From Eledone cirrhosa (taxonomy: Eukaryota), in assembly GCA_964016885.1 (NCBI GenBank), contig OZ024742.1:362142001-362206000 (forward strand): a stretch of DNA of 64,000 bases. Direction: 5' to 3'. Every line of letters starts with the position of its first letter. The first letter of the stretch is position 1. Both the position numbers and the translations under genes were made by a program. Below are positions 58,401 to 64,000 of the stretch, piece by piece. The notes under the pieces were generated by a model that had not been told where the DNA came from, made no database searches, and saw nothing but the letters and a program-made list of their open reading frames with translations.

Positions 58401-61260
58401 CTACAGAGACCGGATTAGCGAACTAGTTAAGCGGGCGTTGACGGGGGCCATCGTCAACAACAAGTGGTGGTTTGCTCTGAAAAGAGCAATTAGAATAGAG
58501 TCCATTAGGTTTAGTAAGACTTTAGCAATAGAGAAAAATAGAGCAGAGGGAGAATTAGTTAGAAAATTAGATGAGGCGTACTTGCGGCGAAATTGGCCCT
58601 TGACCAATTCTTCAATGCAAAGCACGAAGGCTGCGTTGTCAGAGCTAGGGTGCGTGCTCTCAGACACGAGGGGACGAAAGCCGTTCAATGGGCCCGAGTG
58701 GCGGAGGCGCGTCGTGGCAACAAAGCCACGATCCGGTCTTTGGTGGACCACGACGGGCGCATGCTACTCGATCCCGGGCAAATGTGTGAAGCTTTTCAGC
58801 GACACTTCGCTCAACTGTTCGGGGGCAGTGGCGGGCCGGATCGAGGGATGGACTTTAGTGTCTACCTCGACGGACTGCCGCGGCTTTCGGCCACTGAGGC
58901 GGAGTGTTGCGAAAAGCCGATAACAACTGCTGAAGTACGGGATGCAATGACTAGTTGCACAAGGGGTAAAGCGCCTGGTTTGGATGATCTGCCCTATGAA
59001 CTTTACGTACAAATGCCAAACTTGTTCGGAGGCCTCTTGGCGGACGTCTACTGCAACTGGCAACAGAACGGGAGAAATTCCAGCTCTGTGAGCCGAGGAG
59101 CGGTGGCGCTGCTGAGAAAGGATCCGAACAAGGGGGATAACAGATAATTTTAGGCCCATAACTCTGCTAAACACAGAGTTCAAGATTTTGGCCAAGGTGC
59201 TAGCAAAGAGGTTGGCGCTTGTCGTTGGTGGTCTGGTGGGAGAGGCACAGACATGCGCCATTCCCGACAGATCCCTCCACGACAACCTCCACCTCATGCG
59301 ATACATCGTAGAGAGGGTAGATAGGGAACCTGGCACGGGTGGGTCTTTGATCAATTTAGATCAGTCGAAAGCCTTCGATAGAGTCGACCATCGTTACCTA
59401 ACGGCAGTCCTGAGGGCGGCTGGCTTTGGGCCCGTCTTCAGAGGCTGGATCGCTGCCATGCACAGCGACATCTGCTCTGTAGTGAGAGTGAACGGTCACC
59501 TTTCGGAACCGTTCAACATCATGCGCTCGGTCCGCCAAGGATGTCCCCTCTCGTCCCTATTGTACGTATTGACTCTCGAGCCATTACTGCACAAACTGGA
59601 GACGTTGAGGGGGGTCCCGCGCGAACTAGGATGCGGAAGATCCGTGTCAGCATATGCCGACGATGTCACCGTAGTGGTGTCGAACGCCAAACACATCGAG
59701 GCGATCGGCACTACACTAAGAGAATACGAAGCGGTGACAGGAGCAATGATCAACCAGGAAAAGTCAGTGGGCCTGCAGCTCGGCACCTGGAGAGGCAGGT
59801 CCATGCCGTCCAACAGCGTCGTCGGGCGCTGGACGGACGGACCGGTTAAATTGCTAGGTGTCTGGTTCGGTCCAGACCTCCAGACGGACAAAAACTGGGA
59901 CGAGGTGACGAGCAGGGTGGCTTCTCTCACCCAGAAATGGGCCGAGAGGAAGCTATCCCTGAAAGGTCGAGCGGAGGTGGCGAATGCGTACATCGCATCC
60001 GTCATCTACTACCGCCTGACCGTCGTACCTTGTCCTAAGCCCCGCCTGACTGCGCTGGAGCGTTTGCTCTTTCGCATCTTGTGGAAGGGACGCGCTCCGA
60101 TGGTCAGGCGGTCCATCTGCTGTCAACACCCGCTACGTGGAGGGCTGGGCATGCCGTGGCTGATGATGCGCTGACACGCGCTCAGGCTACGACATCTCCA
60201 CCTCTTCCTCGACGGTGATCAGGTGTGGTCGCCGTTTGCAAGACACGTTTTTCCCCAGCTCGTCTCCTTGACGGAGCTGCAGTCCTGGGTCAAGCGAAGA
60301 CCGAGAGGGAGCGCTTGGAGACTGGAATGTCTTCAGGCGCTCACAGCCCTCGACCAATCGGGCAATGTGATCGGTGGATACTCCACTTTGGCGTTCTATA
60401 GGGGATTAGTGGAGGGGAAGAGCGACGACGTACTTGGAGAAACTCTAGGCGTCGACGAAAATCAACTAGCCAATCTCTTCGGAAGGACTTTCGGGCCGGG
60501 GCCTATGGACAACTTCCAGAAATCTCTGGCCTGGCAGTGCTACCGAGGAGCTTTGCCAGTTCGGGATAAACTCTACAGGCATGGAGGTGCCGTCAGCCGG
60601 GAATGTCTGAGATGCGCGCAGGGCGACGAAACCGTCCTGCACGCACTCGTCCAGTGTCCGAGCATTGCTGACTTGTGGGTTTATGTCGAACACCTGCTGT
60701 CACGTGTAGGACGGATCCGGCTATCAGCTGAGTCCATCGTGAGGATTGCCCCGCCCCCTTCCTTTAGCCTGGAAGGGCAGGAAGTTTTTATCTGTCTGGT
60801 GGCCATGGCGAAAGAGATAGTATGGTGGACACGTTTGAAAGGGCTGAAGACGAGCACTTACCTCTTCGATGATGCCCTGATTAACTTTTTCAAATTTCAT
60901 TTGAAAAGGAAAATCAGGGTAGAGAGAGAAGTGCTCTCTTCCCAGCATTTTGTTGAAAGATGGGTGAGAGAAGCAAGTATGGCCCGAATGAATGGGCCTT
61001 CTCTGAGTATGTGTCTGTAAATTAAAGGTGGAAAACTGGGAGAGGGCACTTGCCTTGGTGGTCAGGGCCACTGTGGTCTTTTAATGGGCTTTCTCCACAA
61101 ATGTCCCTCGGAAGTCTCCCCCCTATTGGGGAATTTTTCTTTGTTATTTTATTTCAACCTCTGTTTTTTTACACGCAGAAATGCCCATTTGCACCGTCCT
61201 GTATTGTCCTGTACTGTCCTTAATGTCTACTTTATGTGAACCCTTGTGGTTAATAAAGAA

Positions 61261-61263
<3 letters not shown>
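55405..61263 (+). mobile_element. Full-length but disrupted Tx1/L1-clade LINE (ORF1 ~55785-57594, ORF2 57629-61020; frameshifts and stops)
   Basis: ORF2 fragments nearly identical to 51676-55095; ORF1 with CVVCGEGTHLRAFC; flanked by (TTA)n. Confidence 0.92.
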
Positions 61264-61294
<31 letters not shown>

Positions 61295-61310
61295 TTATTG
61301 TTATTGTTAT

Positions 61311-64000
61311 TCCTTGAATCTCAGTCATTGATGTTGGTTAACTGGAAAGTCCGTTGGATTGAATATCAAGCCACTACCTGCAGCCTCAGATATTCAGGAC
61401 GTATCGGAGGGTTCTTGCTGTTCCAAGCAAGCATGCCTTTTGAAGCGTTCCAAAAAGCGTGAAGGGGCCGATTTTCTTTAACCATCCCTGGAAACCTTTG
61501 GAGATAGTCCCCAGTGCGCCTATGACAATCGGGATCACTTTGACTTCATGGCAGTTCCAGATCCTTTTCACCTCCCACTTTAGGTCCTGGTATCGGTTAA
61601 TTTTCTCCCTCTCCTTCTCTTGCACTCTCGTGTCGAACGGGCAGGCCACATCCACAATCAGGCACGATCTTTCTTATTTGTCCACAACCACCAGGTCAGG
61701 TCTATTGTGTTCCAGTTTTTTGTCCGTCTGTATCCTAAAATCCCACAGCACCTTCACCTGACTGTTCTCCATCACCGCCTCTGGCCTATGCTCATACCAT
61801 TTCTCAGAATGTGGTAGATTGTTTACTTTGCACAGGTGCCAGTGGATCACCCTGCCCATCACATCGTGTCTCCAGCCCTTATAGTGGGTCTGGGCTAGGT
61901 GTTTACACTCGGACACAATGTGAGCCACAGTCTCCTCTCTCTCTCCACAGATCCTGCACAGTGGGCTAGCCTCCTCCTTGTAGATATGGTGCTTCAACCA
62001 CTTCGTTTTGGGGGCCTGCTCCTGCGCAGCCATTAGCATTCCTTCTGTAGCCTTTTTGAGGTCTCCTCTTCTCAACCAGTTCCATGTCTGTGGATCTCTA
62101 AATTCAGTTTTCTCAAAGAAGGTACTATGAAGGGATTTTCCCTTAAGGCTGCTCTTCCTCCTTGATGTTATTTCCTCCTTGGACATCCCCTGGCCTACTG
62201 TCCCCTCCTTCAGTACAGCTCTGAGCATTGGCTCCATACTATAGGTCACGTATTTGTATAGGTTGTTTTTCTCCATCTGAACACAGTCCTCTATGCTGAT
62301 AAGACCTCTTCCACCCTCAGATCTCCTTAGGTAGAGTCTATCGACATCACTCCTCTTGTGGAACATGTTGTAGATAGTCAATAGCTTCCTAGTCTTCCTA
62401 TCCATTTCTTTTTGTTCAGCAACATTCCATCTCAGAATTCCCGCACTGTACCTAATAATAGACACAGCTCGGGAATTTACTGCGCTTATGGCATTTCTAC
62501 TGTTCAGATGTGACTTCAATACGCTCCTTACTCTTCGAATGTATTCAGTTCTTAACAATTCCTTCATTTTTTTGTTCTTTATGCCATCAGCCTCCAGAAC
62601 GCCCAAATACTTGTATCCTTCCTCAGAGTCAATTTCCTTTATCATCTCACCTGTTGGTATCTGGATCCAGTTACTTCTGCTCAACCTACCCCTCTTCATC
62701 ACAATGACTCCACATTTACCAATACCAAACTGCATACATATATCACTGCTGAAAATACGGACAGTGTCAACAAGCACATCCAACTCCTTCTCACTTTTCC
62801 CGAAGAGCTTAAGATCGTCCATGAAGAGGAGGTGATTGATGGTAAGCTCTCCCCTTCCCAACTTGTATCCTGCTCTCACTTTTCGCAGCATAATGGTCAA
62901 GGGCATCAGGGCAAGGACAAACAACAGAGGGGACAGGCTATCTCCCTGGAAGATACCTCTCTTGATCTTCACGCTTCCCAAGGATACTCCAGTTGATGTC
63001 AACTCTGTCTCCCAGGACCCCATACTCCTGCCCAGCAACTGTCTGATGTTATCTGCCACCCTGAAGACCTCCAGGCTTTTGGTGATCCAGGAATGAGGCA
63101 CCATGTCAAATGCCTTTCTGTAGTCTATCCATCCCATGGCAAGATCAGTGTGTCTCCTCCTGCAATTCCCCATTACCATCTTATCAATAAGCAACTGGTC
63201 CTTTGTACCACGTGACTTCTTTCGGCATCCTTTCTGTTCGTCCGGTAACAAGTTGTTTGTGTGGAGGTGATGGTAGATTTCCTCAGACACAATGCTCGTC
63301 AACAGTTTCCACATTACGGGCAGACATGTGATAGGTCTATAGTTGGTAACATCATTACCCTTGATTCGGTCTTTCATTATCAGAACTGTGGTACCTTTTG
63401 TCAACCACTCTGGCACCTCACCCGACACCAAGCAGTCATTGAACATGGCCGTCAGCTTCGGGTGGAGGGATGTTAAATGTTTAATCCAATACCCCTGCAC
63501 ACCATCTGGGCCTGGTGATTTCCAGTTGGTTAGTTTTTTGGCTTGCCCCTTAAGAGTTTCAACTGTGATACTCAAATCAGTCTGTTGTTGTGCCTTCTCA
63601 CCGATCTCCCTCTGTACTGTCTCAATCCACCCTGCCTGGGCATTGTGTCTAACATCCTGCTCCCATATTCCTCTCCAGAATGTTTTAGCTTGTTCCGCCC
63701 CAGGGATCAAGTCGTTGCCTCTTTCTTTCCCCTCAAGCTGTCCAAACAGCATCTTCTGGTTGCTGTCGAACATGCGGTTCTGTTTATACTGACTGACTCT
63801 GTTCTCGTATCGCCTGATTTTGGCACTCTTTGCTACAATGCGTTGCTTCAATTCCTCTATGATAATATTTAGCTTTTTACTCCTAGTTTTGTATTTTATT
63901 TCCAGTCTATTTTTAGTGCCTATGTTTTTTAGTGTCCCATTCAGTAGTGACTCAAGCTTTCCTATGTCATTTCTCATTTCCCTGATTTGCCCACTCAGTC
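61311..64000 (-). mobile_element. R4/Dong-like LINE (RT + CCHC + restriction-like endonuclease), one nonsense codon at 61674; runs off the window
   Basis: YRPITCL, WIDYRKAFD, QGDSLS, LFMDD, CRIC..HIVSEC, RPD..IVDVACP; 3' end abuts (TAA)n. Confidence 0.93.

Noticed and set aside
49652-63872. Numerous antisense and alternate-frame ORFs within the LINEs
   Set aside because: Shadows of GC-richer or low-complexity coding sequence, with no independent motifs

Overview
Repeat-saturated, AT-rich eukaryotic DNA with no host gene I can support. SINE motifs resemble those I recall from octopod cephalopods (inference). The protein-coding content is all retroelement. There are three near-full-length Tx1/L1-clade LINEs (one with both ORFs intact) plus a 3' fragment, two R4/Dong-like restriction-like-endonuclease LINEs, RTE fragments, and five Penelope-like element (PLE) remnants with GIY-YIG endonuclease. 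Non-coding repeats include a tandem pair of non-autonomous Helitrons, tRNA-SINEs and large microsatellites. The main hidden signal is RNA structure. Reading by eye I find about 37 type I minimal hammerhead ribozyme (HHR) motifs in about 13 sequence families, almost all with a palindromic stem III. They sit at the 3' ends of PLEs and in ORF-less retrozyme-like repeats. The centrepiece is a 4.1-kb array (23273-27385) of an almost invariant 310-bp HHR monomer arranged as two divergent ~6.6-copy arms. This looks like twin-primed, rolling-circle reverse transcription of a viroid-like circular RNA. A second ~430-450-bp HHR family occurs as circularly permuted, terminally redundant copies. All structure calls were made by eye and no activity is demonstrated.
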